A stretch of 64,000 nucleotides of DNA from Epiperipatus broadwayi (Eukaryota > Animalia > Onychophora). Location of the stretch: contig JAQFVV010000009.1 of NCBI GenBank assembly GCA_028023455.1, forward strand, positions 2,170,001-2,234,000. Reading direction: 5' to 3'. This document shows positions 50,331 through 64,000 of this stretch, one piece after another. The notes beneath the pieces were generated by a model, which was not told where the DNA came from, made no database searches, and worked only from the letters and a program-made list of their open reading frames with translations. Made by a program: the position numbers and the translations under genes. The stretch's first letter is position 1. Each line of letters starts with the position of its first letter.

Positions 50331-52469
50331 ATTTTGTGGCTTTTATATCATCATTGAATTAATTGTTAAGTGATATGATTGCTTCTTACTTCATAAATGA
50401 TTCCCCAGTTGTTTTCTTTGCTTTATTTTAAAATGCATCAGCATTCTACGATTCATCTTCTACGCTTGTAAAATGTGTTTGACATCATTTTATTTTCTTC
50501 ATTTACAGTTTCAGTTTCTAATGAATTGGTTTCAATATTTAATTTTAATTTAGATTATGTTTTTCTTATATACCTTTTAGTTCTAAGATTTATTTACGGA
50601 AGTAGGGAATGTAGATGTAATTCACATGAAGTATGTGATAGTATAATAAACTTTATTATCATTTTTAAATACAATTTTTTTTTAACAATCTTTTTCTTCA
50701 GCATTTTTAAAAATACAGCTTAAAATGATATAGTCTGAAATAAATATTAGATATATTTTTTTGAGTTTATTTAATAAAAGTAAAATGCAGAAAATATTGA
50801 CAGAGAGAGATTTGTAGAACTATATACTGCACATATTGTAGGGTCACCTGGTACAATAATATCACATCTGCCTGCCATGACTACAACCTGAATTTGAAAG
50901 AGATTGAGTAAATTTTATTTTTTTTCACTAGGATTGGTCAGTTAATTGACATATAAGCTACCAAGCAAATAATTAGACCGCTGAATACTACTTTCTCTAT
51001 CACCTGTTTTTCTGTGGAGCCTGATGTGCACCGTGGGATCTATTTAAAGGCTAATTTACTTTTTATTTCATACAATACAAATGATACAGCTTGGCAATGT
51101 TATCAGTAGTTGTTTCTCCATGCAGATATAAAATTGTTTCATGAATACTTTTCATCTTGCTTGTTACATAAGATTGGTGCCTATAGTAACCATGTGAAAA
51201 AATTCACATTAATTGCATAATACAACCAGAATTGGCAATGTTATGACATTATGTATTGGTAGTAATTCATCAAAAAGTTATCATTATGATTAATTACAAC
51301 AAATCATCAATTAACTTGTCAGTAATATTGAACATAATTTTTTCAAAGTATATAAGAACTTAAGTAATTCTGGTATACCTATCTTTATCAAGAATGTTAC
51401 ATTCTATAAAGTAAAATTATTTTATAATGCACATGTTATATACTGACTAAAAACTGTATAAAAAAATAAAGTTACATGAGTGTGGATGTACAAAATTAAT
51501 CAGTATTAAAAAACATTAAAAATTCATTCCAGAAAAAATTAGTATGCATAATGATTACAATTATGCAAATGTGAAATCAATATAGATATGATAATTTACA
51601 AAAGAGCTAACAAGGAAAGTAATTATGCAAATTAGATGAAGCAAAACAAAACTGCCAATCTAGAAGAGTATGTGTACCATCCTTGCATAGAATTAACAGG
51701 GATGAGTTAACAGGGCAGAATAAATCACAGTTAAATAAATGCAGCATTATAATTCAGTACTATAAAGAATTGTGCATGTATGGACTAATAAGGAGAAAAG
51801 TACAAACTAGTACAATTATAGGAGAAATGCAAGATTTTTCTAATTATATTTGCACGTTAATTTAATACAACCAATAATTCAAACTGCTAGTTGAAGTGAT
51901 TAATATATATTTAGAATAATAAATTCTTTGTTAAGTTTAAATTTGAGTATATATTTGTTTCTCTAAATATTTGTTAACGGGAATGTAGCTGGCTTAGATA
52001 AATCTGGACCCCTATACACATTAGAGCATACATCAGATTGGTCCAACTTCCTTATATAATAGTATTTGAAATATACTTTAAACAGTCTATATATTATTAT
52101 GTACATTAATTTGATTGCGTTATGCAGCTACAAATCAGAGCGGAAATGATATTTTATCATATATTGAAGTCATAGGGCTAGAAATTAGGCTGGGGATATG
52201 AGCAGATCTGCATCTGGCATTTATTGATTACTCAAGCTTACCCTAGGTTGCATAACTAGAGAGAAAGAAAATTTGCTACTGAAAAGCATTATGTAAGCTT
52301 TAGAATCTGATGTTTTGTTAGTAAAATATAAAGTTCATACCTTGTATTCTTGTTGTTATAATTAAACATGTGCATGTTTTGTATTTATGTATTACGCACA
52401 ATAGCCTATTATTTACAATATAGTCTTTGTATATGAATTAGTCTTCATTATATGTATTATTTATTCTTT

Positions 52470-52532
52470 TTTATCCTGATGATGACTATCAGGATCAGTC
52501 GAAACATTTTAAAATATTAATAATCATAAAAG
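52470..52532 (+). ncRNA. Hammerhead core typical of PLE 3' ends
   Basis: CUGAUGA U GACU-AUCAGGAUC-AGUC GAAA C, followed by near-palindromic ACAUUUUAAAAUAU; stem I register uncertain. Confidence 0.6.
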
Positions 52533-55299
52533 TGAAGAAGCTTGAATACTATTCATGAATCTTTAATAGCTGTGTTTTATTAGGCTTTTATACTTTTCAA
52601 AGTACTACATGATTTTAAATGAAATAATTTTAAATTCAACATGACTGAGGTAACAGCTGTATAAAAACAACTTGCTTGAGCTCTAATTTATGTAAGTTAG
52701 TCAACTTCTGATTAAAGCAGGTTTTATTGATATTCAACAAATAATAAAAGAATTGTTTATTTCAAAATTTGCAGTTACTTTACAAATACTCTGAGTATAC
52801 TTTTTGTATGTGAGTGTTTATATAATGTGATATTTTAATTAAATAAAGTAATTTATTTGTTATTTATTTAAGCTACATAATGTTTTGTAAATATTACAGT
52901 GTTAATGTTTGAATTTTAATAAAGATATTTATGTAGTTATGTTGCTATTAAAGAACAAAAATATAATCAACTTATAGTATTTAATTAATATTTTTATAAT
53001 ATAAATATTGTTCAGTAAAGATTTATAACTTAAAAAGTTATGCTTGGTTTTATTAGAGTCTTAATGTTTGGAGTAAAAATTAAGGAATTTATTACAATAT
53101 ATATGTGATAAAAGCTTATTGAATAATTTCTCTTGAATTAGATTTATTAAACTACAGAATACTATCATGGTTTTATTCAAGCCATAGTTTTAAGTGTAAT
53201 ATAAGTCAAAAGAAGAGAATATATCTTTTATATTGTCTAGCAAATGAAATCTAAAATCATTTAGAAATTCATTTTTAATTTTGATTTGTGAATCTTATTA
53301 TAAATAAGAATATTTTATTTCAGTAGTTGTTGTCAAATATGAATACATATTACTTTTATGAATTTTTTTTAATAAATTTTATTTGTATGTATATATAAAA
53401 TTTGGGAAGTCTTTAAAGTTACGGTAAATATTTGACAGATCTTTGATGGTGTTGGTTAATTATATGCTACACAAAACAACTTCTGTAGTAAATAGTACAT
53501 ATTACTGAGAATACAAATGAAATCAGTTTAACTCTTTAAAAATACTACCACTTGAGTTTGGATATATATGAATTGAATTTTGTTACCTGTGAAATGTGAA
53601 ACCTTTTATACTATTTGATTACATAAAATCTTTTTTATGATAGATAGAAGAGGGAGAATCTATTAAATTTTTTACGAGTTTGTTTTTTATAATGGTGCAT
53701 TCTGTTTCACAACAGAAGTTCAATCCACAAGAGTTATGTTGAAATTCAATAAAGAAAATGTCCATCTTAAGTTTTTATTATAACTTGTAAAAAATTGATC
53801 ATTGTTTTTTTTTCTTTATTGATTATGAACTCAGAGTTGTAAATTTTATTCAATTTATCTTATATGGCAGCACAAAATTTTGAAAGCTTATTTTAAAATT
53901 CTAAAATAATTTGAGAAGTCAGATATAATGGGTTCTCATTTTCAATGGTTAATGAGGACTATAAAAAGATCACAGATGGGTAATATATTTAAAATGGAGA
54001 TTTAATCCCTAGAAAAATTATAAAAATATCATTTAAGTGATACTTAAATACAATAAAAGAAATATTGGACCTACTCCATTTTGCATATTTAGAAACACTA
54101 TGGTTAATTTTTTTTTAAAAAAAAAAAGATTCTAATTTTTTACCAAAAATAAAAATATTTAAAAAAAAGCACATGACCTCAAATTATACACTGCTTTTCA
54201 GGAACAATTTCTATCCAATACTGATCCTCCACACCCCAAACTAGTTTATAATTTATGGTCTTTGTTAATGAGGGGTTTCAATCTTAATCAGTGTAGTTAT
54301 GTGTTTGAGTTTAATGCTTATTAAATACTTTTTCCATCCATTAGCCCTTATTGTGCTTATTGATCAAAACTATATAATAAATATATTATATGTTTTTAAA
54401 TGATTACAAAATTGTGACAATAGGAATAAAATTATTAAATTATATATAACTTAAATGTAAAAAGTATTACAATGTATATATATATACACACCTTATATAT
54501 ATATATTTGTAGATTTATTGCTCTGAAGAAGGTTGTTATACAATCAAAATTGTTAGTATAAATATAAAGATAAAGAAATTGAACAATTTTCATTATTAGT
54601 AAGATATTAAAAAGCAACAAATTTAAATATTTTTTTTATTTCATATGCAATTATTTCACTAATTTTCATTTAAACTTCTCAGAATCATATAATTATGTGC
54701 ACAAACTATTGATGATTTATTTTAAAATTATTGAGAGATATGAAATGGGAATGTTGTTTTAGAGAAAGTTTTACACATAATGTTATGGCTAAAAATTTAA
54801 CTAGAGTTCCAAGTATAATTAGAATTAGAATTGTTCTGCTTTTTATTGTGATATTTTTTTCTAGATGTTTTCTTTTTTATTAGATTTGGTAAAAGCATAC
54901 CTTTCAAAATCTTATCTTTTACATAAAAGTTTGTAAATATATTTTTAAGTTTTATTCTTATCTCAGAGTATCTTTCATCTTAGCTCAATCATATTATAAT
55001 CATCCATCAGCCCAGAAGTCAGGCCAACCACTCTCACTCTGGGTGCATTTTTGAAACACCTAGTAACTTTCAAAATCTTATCTTTTATATAAAAGTTTGT
55101 ATATATATGTATATAACACTCTAGTTATAGTAAGCCTTTTTAAAATAAATAAATAAATAAATTTTTAATGAGTATATTTAAAGATTACTTATTTTACATA
55201 TAAGAAAATTTAGAAAATATATTTCTTTACAAATAGATAATACAGATATATAAAATGGTTTACTTATATGAATAAAAAAGTTCATTTAACACATAGGGA

Positions 55300-56960
55300 A
55301 GAAACCAACTGTTTATAGAAGGAAAGGAAGAGAAACAAGGTTTCATATGGCATGTACAATATCTGAAAAGGCTAATGTCCTTTCTCTATTTCTGATTTTA
55401 AGAATCTTATTGTAAAACATGCACTGCAATTTACTGGATGTGGGATTAAAATAAAAATGGCATCTCAAGCACCAAAAAGTAAATGTAATGAAAATAGTGT
55501 TCCTAATAGAGGGAAAGAGACCCCATTTTATATTGTCAATGAGAGTGTTGCATGATCTGGTGATTGACAATAATATTTCTGTAGACAAGAAAAGCAGGCA
55601 TTGTAAAAAAAAATCTGATATATTGTCTTTTCAGACTTGTGACAGAGTGGACAAATAAGGTCAATGTTAGCATTCACCATTCTTTGTGATAAAAAATGAC
55701 TAGTGAGCAGAGCTTCTAAATTGATTTTAATAAGGAAATTAAAGTATTTTGTTTCCAGATGCCAGAATTTGAATTTTGGGATAATTTTTTATTAGTGAGA
55801 TTAAGTAGAGATTGGTTATCATTATGAATATGTTATAAGTCTGCTAGTAAAATATTTTCCCAGAAAAGGTGCTTTGATTCAGATCAATAGAAGAAGAAAT
55901 ATATTTGATTATAGATTGAAAAAACATACCACTTCTGGGTGGTGGTGTATCGATAGAGTTAACCAAGACAAATTTCAGAGCATCTGGGTACTCAGAAACA
56001 AATTTAAAGACAGAATTAAATGACCTCTGACAATAAAAGGTTGGGATGTTTGTGCAGGGTTCTAATAGTTATCACAACAGCCTTTTTATTCCAAATCAAT
56101 TTGAAACAAAATGAACTTATCTTTTTCTTAAATGCACTAATATAATAGATAATTGGCATATAATAGGTTATTTTTGGAAAAATCAAGATGTTAATCAGAG
56201 AGATTTTTTGCATGTAGAGAAAGGCATACTCTGAACAGGGAATTAATTATATTTTATACAGATGAGAGAAGTGAGATTCTGGTGTTCTCATGCCATTTAT
56301 TGATTTGTAAATAGGGAAACCAAGGAAATTATGATGTGGTGCAGTGAAAGGAGATGAAATACTTTTGCCAGAGAGTATTTTCTATGTGGACGATTTGGTA
56401 AGATTGAATTGAAGCTTAAACCAAGTAACATAATCTTTCATTATAGTAATAACCAAAGATAGATACTTCTTGGAGGAGAGAAAAATGACAAGTTCATTCA
56501 TAAAGAATATACGTTTGACTGCCTTATTAATCAATTGAATATGAATGTCAGGTAATTTCTTCTCTATTTCAAGAAGAAGGGGGTTAATATAAATAATAAA
56601 GAATAAGACACTCAAAGGAGAACCTTATGGAATTGAATTAGATAGCTTAAATTCCAGAAGCACTTTCCATTTAGAATGATAAAAATTTCTCTATTTTTTA
56701 AAAGGTTAGCTAAATATATAGAATAGGAACAGATATGTTCAGAGATTATAATAACTCCATGAGAGAATCAATAGGCTCAGAATCAAAAGCAGATGAGATA
56801 TCTATCTGGACTGTTATGGGGCTGGCTTTTCTAGAAAATCTGACATAATCAATAACATTTTTACATAGCATAATGACATCAGAAGTGGATGTACCTTTTT
56901 TAGAAAATTGATAGTCTGAGATAGAAAGCAAAATAATAGGCTGAATCTTATGCTAAGCTA
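55300..56960 (-). mobile_element. L1/Tx1-like LINE RT fragment, degenerate
   Basis: IDISSAFDS, LFFIIYINPLL, NFLGFPI, NILIFPKITY...SFCFKLIWNKK motifs in collinear order. Confidence 0.75.
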
Positions 56961-58271
56961 TTTTCTATTAGTTCAAATACATGGATATTACAATATACAT
57001 GTTATGTTGCCATAGACATCAAGTGTATATATAAAATCTTATTCCATAGTTAAAATATTGTATGTGAAAGTTAATCAATAAAATCGAAATTCTAAAGTAC
57101 ACCTCAGATATAATTCATTTTTAAATTTATATATGTCTTTAATATAATAAGTTTTTCTTAAATAGTCTACCATTATCATTTGTTAAAAATTAATTCATTG
57201 TAACTTACTCATTTCAGATTATTAATAAGTTTTATAGTATTTAATTTGAAAAGTGTTTTATCTCTAATAATGCAAGCCCTTAATTTTTCCTAAGTTTATT
57301 TTTTTAGTTGTATTAGTACAACAAAAAAAGAAACTACAAATTTATGTTTAATAAACAAATAATCAAATGATTTTAATGTTCAAAAATTCATAAGTTTGAG
57401 AACCAGAAATGACAAAGCTGGAGACATGATCCATAGACCATTGAAGTCCAATACTCTATCATGCACTAAACCATGTGGGTCTTTACATGCCATATGGATT
57501 TTTTGTTTTAAATTTGCATTTTATTACTAAAAATTAATACATTATAATGCATTTTTCAAACAAGATTTCCTTATTAATCAAAAATATGTGATAAATAAAA
57601 ATTTGTTTTCAAATAATTATAACACTAACAATTTTTCTTGTCAATTATTTATTAATTAGGAACCATTTTACATATATTTTCATATTATATTTAGTAATTT
57701 CACTTGGATTTTACTTAATTTCATAAAGCCATGTAATTGTTTGTAACTATACAATTGTAACATATAAAATAGGAGTTCTGTTATTGAATATAGTATTTTT
57801 TATTTTATTTTTAGAAAAAGCATTACATATAATGTCATGGTTAAAGATTTTAATCATAGTTATAAACATAAAATTTGTAACAGTATTTTATATTGTGAAA
57901 TCTTTTGCTTTTCAGTGGGATCATTTTGTACATATTATGCTGTTTGAGTCTAAAACGCCATATTGAATTTTTTTAAAAACTGGCCTGAGACACAATTTTC
58001 ACAATAACTTCAGTTTTAATTATGTTAGAGTAAAAAACATTACATTAATAGAAACTAGAAAAACTAAGGAAAACAATAAGTCTAAGACAAATAGTGATAA
58101 CCATTTAAAAAATAAGGAAAAAAGAAATTTCAACATCCGAAATAATTATTACTTTATTGTTTGTTCATAATTTCTAATTCATCATGAACTAAGTTTTAAT
58201 TATATCTTCAGTTATAATTTCTTTGTATTCCTCACAAAATTATCTTTCAAACCATATATAATATGTCTTAC

Positions 58272-58367
58272 CTGAGATAATCCATAGCTTCAGAATCTCC
58301 AAAATAAGTCACATATGACTTCTCCATTTTTATCTTGTACCCCAAAAGTTCCAAATGTCAAAGGTGT
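58272..58367 (-). CDS. Candidate exon of the minus-strand gene; one in-frame TGA, or coding starts at ATG 58327 (MEKSYVTYFGDSEAMDYL)
   Basis: tttttcttatAG acceptor, CAG|GTAAGA donor; 96-nt symmetric phase-2 exon. Confidence 0.45.
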
Positions 58368-61300
58368 CTATAAGAAAAAGATTCATCCTAATAAAAGATA
58401 CAAAACAAATCATTTCCAGAAGATAGATATGCATTTGTCATCATAGCAATTGGCTTCTTGTCTATCTAAAACTAGTCTGTATCACTGATAAAATGACTTT
58501 CACCTCTTTATGCACACCAGTGATGTTTATATTCTTTATGTACATCAGTGATGCTATCTTGTTATATTTATTGTCTCACATAGATATAATTTATTTGCAT
58601 ATAGTCCATTTTTTAGCTATAGACTTGAAAATAATATGATAAAACATATAGCAAAACCGGAGTGACTCCAAAGCATGAGTATCAAGGCATAAACAAGAAT
58701 CAGAATTTGATTATTTGCCTGTATATGCAATCTTTCTATACATTTGATTATTAGTTTTGTAAGTCATTACTTGTAAACACAAATACATCATATAAACATA
58801 ATAATAAATAATAAATTATTAAACTTTTTCAGAATCATTATTTTTATAAAATAAGTGGATTAGAACTTTAGAAAATTATGGTAGATATGAATTCTATATG
58901 AAGCATAAATAAATATTTATTTATATCAACACACACCAACTACAAACTAAAATTAATAAAAATTATCATTTTTTCCAAAAATTAAAAAAATAAATAAAAT
59001 ATTATTAAAAAAATTAAAATTTTATATTTACGAGTCAGATATTGTGCTTTACATTGAGGCTCCATTGTAGTTCTTGTTTGTGAATAACATCTGATAAATG
59101 TCCATTTGAAGATGGGTAAGTATTTTCTGTCTTTATCACTTCGTGAAAAGTACAAAATTGATCAAAAAACAAAAAAAGTTAAATGCACTCCTTCATTAAA
59201 AATGCTGTAAAAAATCCAAATTTCATCAGATTTTTTTGTGGTAGACATTTTTGGAAAGCCACATCACTGAGCTATCAAATATATTTTGATTGGTATCATG
59301 CTTATAGTTTTTACATCAGTAAAGAAAGAAAACAACATGTTGACCAATCAAAAAAGATGTGCGGGTCACCCGCTTAAAGATGAGAAGCAGTTTTAAACTT
59401 GATGAAAGCATAATTTTAACTGAGATCTTATCTATTACATAGAAGTAAATATGTTTAAGCTTACAAATACATATATAATACCCTTGTGTTAATACATTTT
59501 CTATTTGCATAAACACATAGATAATGAAACATACTTGTAAGGTAGATAATGAAATATACTTTTAAGATTGCCACAAATTAGAAAAAGGTCACTTACAAAA
59601 TCTAAATCTTATATGCACTTCAGGCACATGGGTTGTTATTTTCACTAAACTATAAAAAATTGGTAAATTAATTAAGTTGGTTAGTTGATTTAAACATTTA
59701 ATATGTATTTTTAATGTAATGTGTTATTATTTTTTTACTGTATTATCAGAATTTTTAAAAAATTAACTCATAAAAAATATATTTCAGATTATTATTTACT
59801 TTACAAGAATTAATTTCAATATAGAAATTATCTCTAATAATATAGTTATTTAATTTTGCAAAAATTTTTTTTTAGTACAGCTTTTGAATGAAGAGTATTG
59901 CATTAGGTAGTGGACTTTTAAAACTAAATATGTGAAGTATTTCTTTATTTAACCATAAAATAGCTACCTGATCATCTAAGACCAATATCTAAAATATTTT
60001 ATAGCTAAACTAATTCCAATGTAAGCAGTTCTGTCTTTTACATCATATTGTTTCATGTTTCTCCAGATATAATACTTATGTTATTCTATACATTATCTTT
60101 CCTAATCTTGGGATAGTCAGATCTTAACTAATTTTAAAAAACAAATTATTCTAAGCTCTGTTGAACAAATCATCTATTTTAAATGTTTTATTAACATTAC
60201 AACCAAAATTACTACTGCAAATAAAACAAACATTTTATTAACATATTGATTCAGGTATAAAAGTATATACCCATGTTATGGTATTATTCTTATTATCAGT
60301 TAGTAATTATTGATTATACTTCATCAGCAATATTATATAATGTAAAAAATATTTTATCTTTAGTTATTAGAATGTATAATATTTTTATTAAATAATTATC
60401 TCTTTCATATTTTTGTACAGCATAATTTTAATTATCAAAGTTAATATGTTCATATAAAATATTGCATTTGCATATTTGAGATTATTGTTAACATAATATA
60501 TCAGACTTTCATTAGATTAGTTGTTTTTATTTAAGCAATTACGGTGGAATAGAAACATTCTGTCATATTATCTTTGCATCATAAAGTTATGGGAAATTTA
60601 AGTATGATTTTTTTTTTACATTCCAATGATGTTTTTATTTCTGTTTGGACATTATGACCAAATAATAGTTTGGGGAGAAAAGTTTATTTTAGGTAGTAAT
60701 ACAATTATCTTTGATCATTCTCAGAAAACAGTTAATATTTTGGTGTGGAATTCTAGATTGGTTTTCTAAAATTTCAGATTATTTACTTTAAAGAATTACA
60801 TGTTAATTATATTTCAATTAATAATATTATGCATTAATATAAATGATTTTTGCACAGAACAAAAGCTTCAAAAATATTTCTTAATTTAATCATTGTTGAT
60901 ACAAAGTGCCTTTTTCAAAAGCCAAATGTTAGAATAATAATATTGTTAAAAATAAAATTACAATATTTGACACTCTAATCTATTGTTATTCTAAAGTCTC
61001 TTTTGAATAGACTGTTCTGTACTGAAAGTGTTTTTAAGGATTTAATTAATAAGAAATTTTCAAATTTTTGCTCATGCAAGAAACATGTATAGCGATGTAG
61101 AAAAATCAACACAATATAATTGTGCAATATAAAAGCAAAAGACTATTCCAATATAAAATTTAGTTTAAGATTGTTCTTTTTTTTTTTTTAATATGGAGAT
61201 TTAAAAATAAATATTACAAAGAAAAATATAAAATTAAGAGAAATTGGCAATTGCTAAGGATTGCCTGGTGTTTCTGCTTTTCCTTGACAAATGATAAAAT

Positions 61301-61727
61301 GAGAATTTGTAATGTTTGATTAAATCATTGTGAATTCTTCATCTGGTTACCTCGGAAGAAGAAGAAAGTTAGTGAAGTCTTTAATCCTTTTTAAATTAAT
61401 TAAATTTGAACTTATAATAAAAGAGATTTATAGCTTCCTAAAATATTTTAGTTAGAAATATAGTGGTAAGATAACTAAAGTTGAAAGTTAAATTAAAATC
61501 TCTAAAATTGTATATTTTATCAAAAATTTAACAAAGTATAGTTTTATTTCACCAGGGCAATATGTTGATCAGTGGGGAAGGGGATTTGTTTAACTGAATT
61601 GTATTGTTTTAACTATTTTATTTTTCATTTTCATTCTAAATTAAATATTTAATATTAAATTTTGATAAGTAGTAATTAGTAACAATAACTCCTGCTTAGT
61701 TAATATATATTATATATAGGCATGTAC

Positions 61728-61802
61728 CTTGTTAGTGACAGTTTCCATGGTATAGGAGTAAGTTCTTCATTTGCCATAGTACAACAAAAGTTTGAATTCG
61801 GA
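61728..61802 (-). CDS. Candidate exon with ATG at 61777 (MANEELTPIPWKLSLT)
   Basis: ttttatccAG acceptor, AAG|GTACAT donor; ends in phase 2, compatible with the 58367 acceptor. Confidence 0.4.
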
Positions 61803-64000
61803 CTGGATAAAATTTAGAATTATTTTTTTTTAATGTCTTAAGATTTCTCTTTGAGGTAGCTAGCTGGCTCATAATCAGCATAGCTAGCTATTCAATATTG
61901 ATCAGTAAATGGATATATAACCATTCTTACTTGGCTTGGTAAAATAAGAAAACAGCTAAAGTCTTAACATTTTTTGTAAATTAGCAAGCTTGATGAGTAA
62001 TGTCTTCTCCTTTATTGTGCACTATGAGGGCTGTTACAGAGGCTTTTGCTATAAACTGGACTATTCAAAGACTATTTCTTTTTACCTAATATATCTAGTT
62101 CTTTAAAAATCTTTAGTCCTAAGTCTTTAGTATAAATTTTATTAGGATTCACCTGAAGTGATTTGTTTTACTTAAATAAATAAATGGATTTTTGAGTCAA
62201 TGGATTTTGTATTTTCTTTGCTAATATTTACATTTTGAGCTATCAGGATTTATACTAGATTTGGCAAGCATTTAGGTAAATCATAGTTATGGTTTACATA
62301 TTCTTCAAGCTTGTATAAATCATTACAAGTACATGATTTATATCACTCATACACTAACAAGCAAATTCATAATTAACATTTTCAGTAAAAGTAATATTTT
62401 TTTTGGTTTTAATATCCATTTTTTATATATATATCACATAATTATATTAATAAAATAACATATCTGTGATTTTTTTAAAAAAAAGTTTCTAGATTTTTTT
62501 TTTTTTTTATCTTAAATATAGTGTACCACAACTAATTTTTATAACATGAACTCTTAAAAAATATGTCACATCTTTTTTTGCTACCAAAACCATCAAGCTC
62601 TTTATTTCGCATCTCTCATCCACATTATCTCGAGATTTACAATATTTTCATCTTATTTATCTTGATTCATAATTCTAACATTTTATGTATTAACTTTGGT
62701 ATTATTTAGAAATTTATTCAATTTTGGGAAACAAACATTTGCCGCAATAAAAAAAAAAAGAATAAATCTGCTGTCAAACAAAAAATTGAAGAATTATATA
62801 TGTCGGGGAGGCAGATTATTGTAGATATAAATATAATAACAAATCACCAAATCCCCAACTTAAACAATATGACATGTGATGTGATGTGATGTACTGTAGC
62901 TTCTTCTTAAACGAAGTCAAGAATCTCTCAACAATTATACCAAGAAAAACTTGTTAGCTACTTAATTTTACATTCCCCAGTCTAAGTTTTCCCATATTCT
63001 GCTCCATCCCATTTCCACAACATAAACTTTATCAACTCTACAACCTTTATACCGAAATCCCCCTTATCTTTTTCCAAACCCAGCATAAAAATTAATAACC
63101 ACTTTTTGTATAATCACTTTTTTCATATTTATTTTTCTATAACTTTATTATATGTGCCCTTTCTGTTTTCAAGCATTTATATTCAATTAACAAATGCTTA
63201 ATATTTTCTAATATTTTTTCCACTTTAGCGCCATCTAGTGCAATTTTGAATAATCAATAATTAGTAGGTGCATATAAAATCCTTATTCGTAGTATTTAAA
63301 TCTATTCTCTGATCAGTTTTTGACTTCTGTCTTTATTAGTGAGGCTTGTAACTAAAATTTGGGAAGAATGCAGACTTGCATCCAGCAATCATTTTAATTC
63401 CATTTTATCTGTTAAACTAAAAACTTTAAATTAAAATCAGCCTAAAATTTCGAACCTAAATTAATTTGCTTGAAATATTTAGCTCTGAATACAGTTCAGT
63501 GACCATCAGATCTTAATTAATTGTAGACATCTCTGACTACGTATGTTATTAAATCATTAAACTCCCAGAATTTAGCTTCTGCTCTTGGCTCTAATAGATT
63601 GACATAAATAAATGTTATTTGTAAATCTATAAACTTTTAAAGTTTAATTTATTTTACAAAACAATTTCAAATTAAAAGCTGAAAAAATTACGGTTGTCAA
63701 ATATAATGTATTTGAATTTTAAACAAACAAAAAAAAAGTATCAACATACTAAATCTTTTTAAGTAGTTAAGATAACACGTAATAAATTTTAAAAAGTTAG
63801 AATGCTTCACTACATTTTTACACCAAGAATTAAAAAAAATCATATTAAAGCTATGATATTTAGTAATTAATAAAATAATTAATTAAATAAATAGTAATAC
63901 TTATGAAATTCGGATATTGTAGAATAAATGAAAATAATTTGAAATGCTATATATTTTTAATTAAAGTTGACTTTTTCATGAAAATAATCAAAGAAAATAA

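Noticed and set aside
1-64000. CRISPR arrays, rRNA genes, intact tRNA genes, prokaryotic operons
   Set aside because: None seen; the sequence is eukaryotic intronic or intergenic DNA, and the tRNA-like segments are partial or SINE-derived.

Overview
Very AT-rich, CpG-depleted animal genomic DNA with spliceosomal introns and dense transposon remains; the species cannot be identified from sequence alone. The main gene is the 3' end of a plus-strand 7TM receptor, probably cAMP-receptor-like (CrlA/GPR157-type). Three phase-compatible exons (4510-4583, 14536-14606, 44433-44606) are separated by ~10 kb and ~30 kb introns. A weaker minus-strand gene candidate lies at 47.6-61.8 kb. Transposons include two Gypsy elements, several RTE LINEs (one with a twin-priming-type 5' inversion), an L1/Tx1 fragment, Penelope-like (PLE) RT/GIY-YIG remnants, tRNA-derived SINEs and DNA-transposon relics. 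The most striking pattern is a recurrent set of non-coding fold-back insertions (~4.9, 7.6, 11.9, 33.0, 39.6, 42.7 kb; possibly 23.2 kb). Their arms carry outward-facing minimal type I hammerhead ribozyme motifs. In the best-preserved copies, target-site duplications flank the element and one arm runs ~30-45 nt further than the other. All structures, alignments and identities were read by eye; no searches or folding programs were run.
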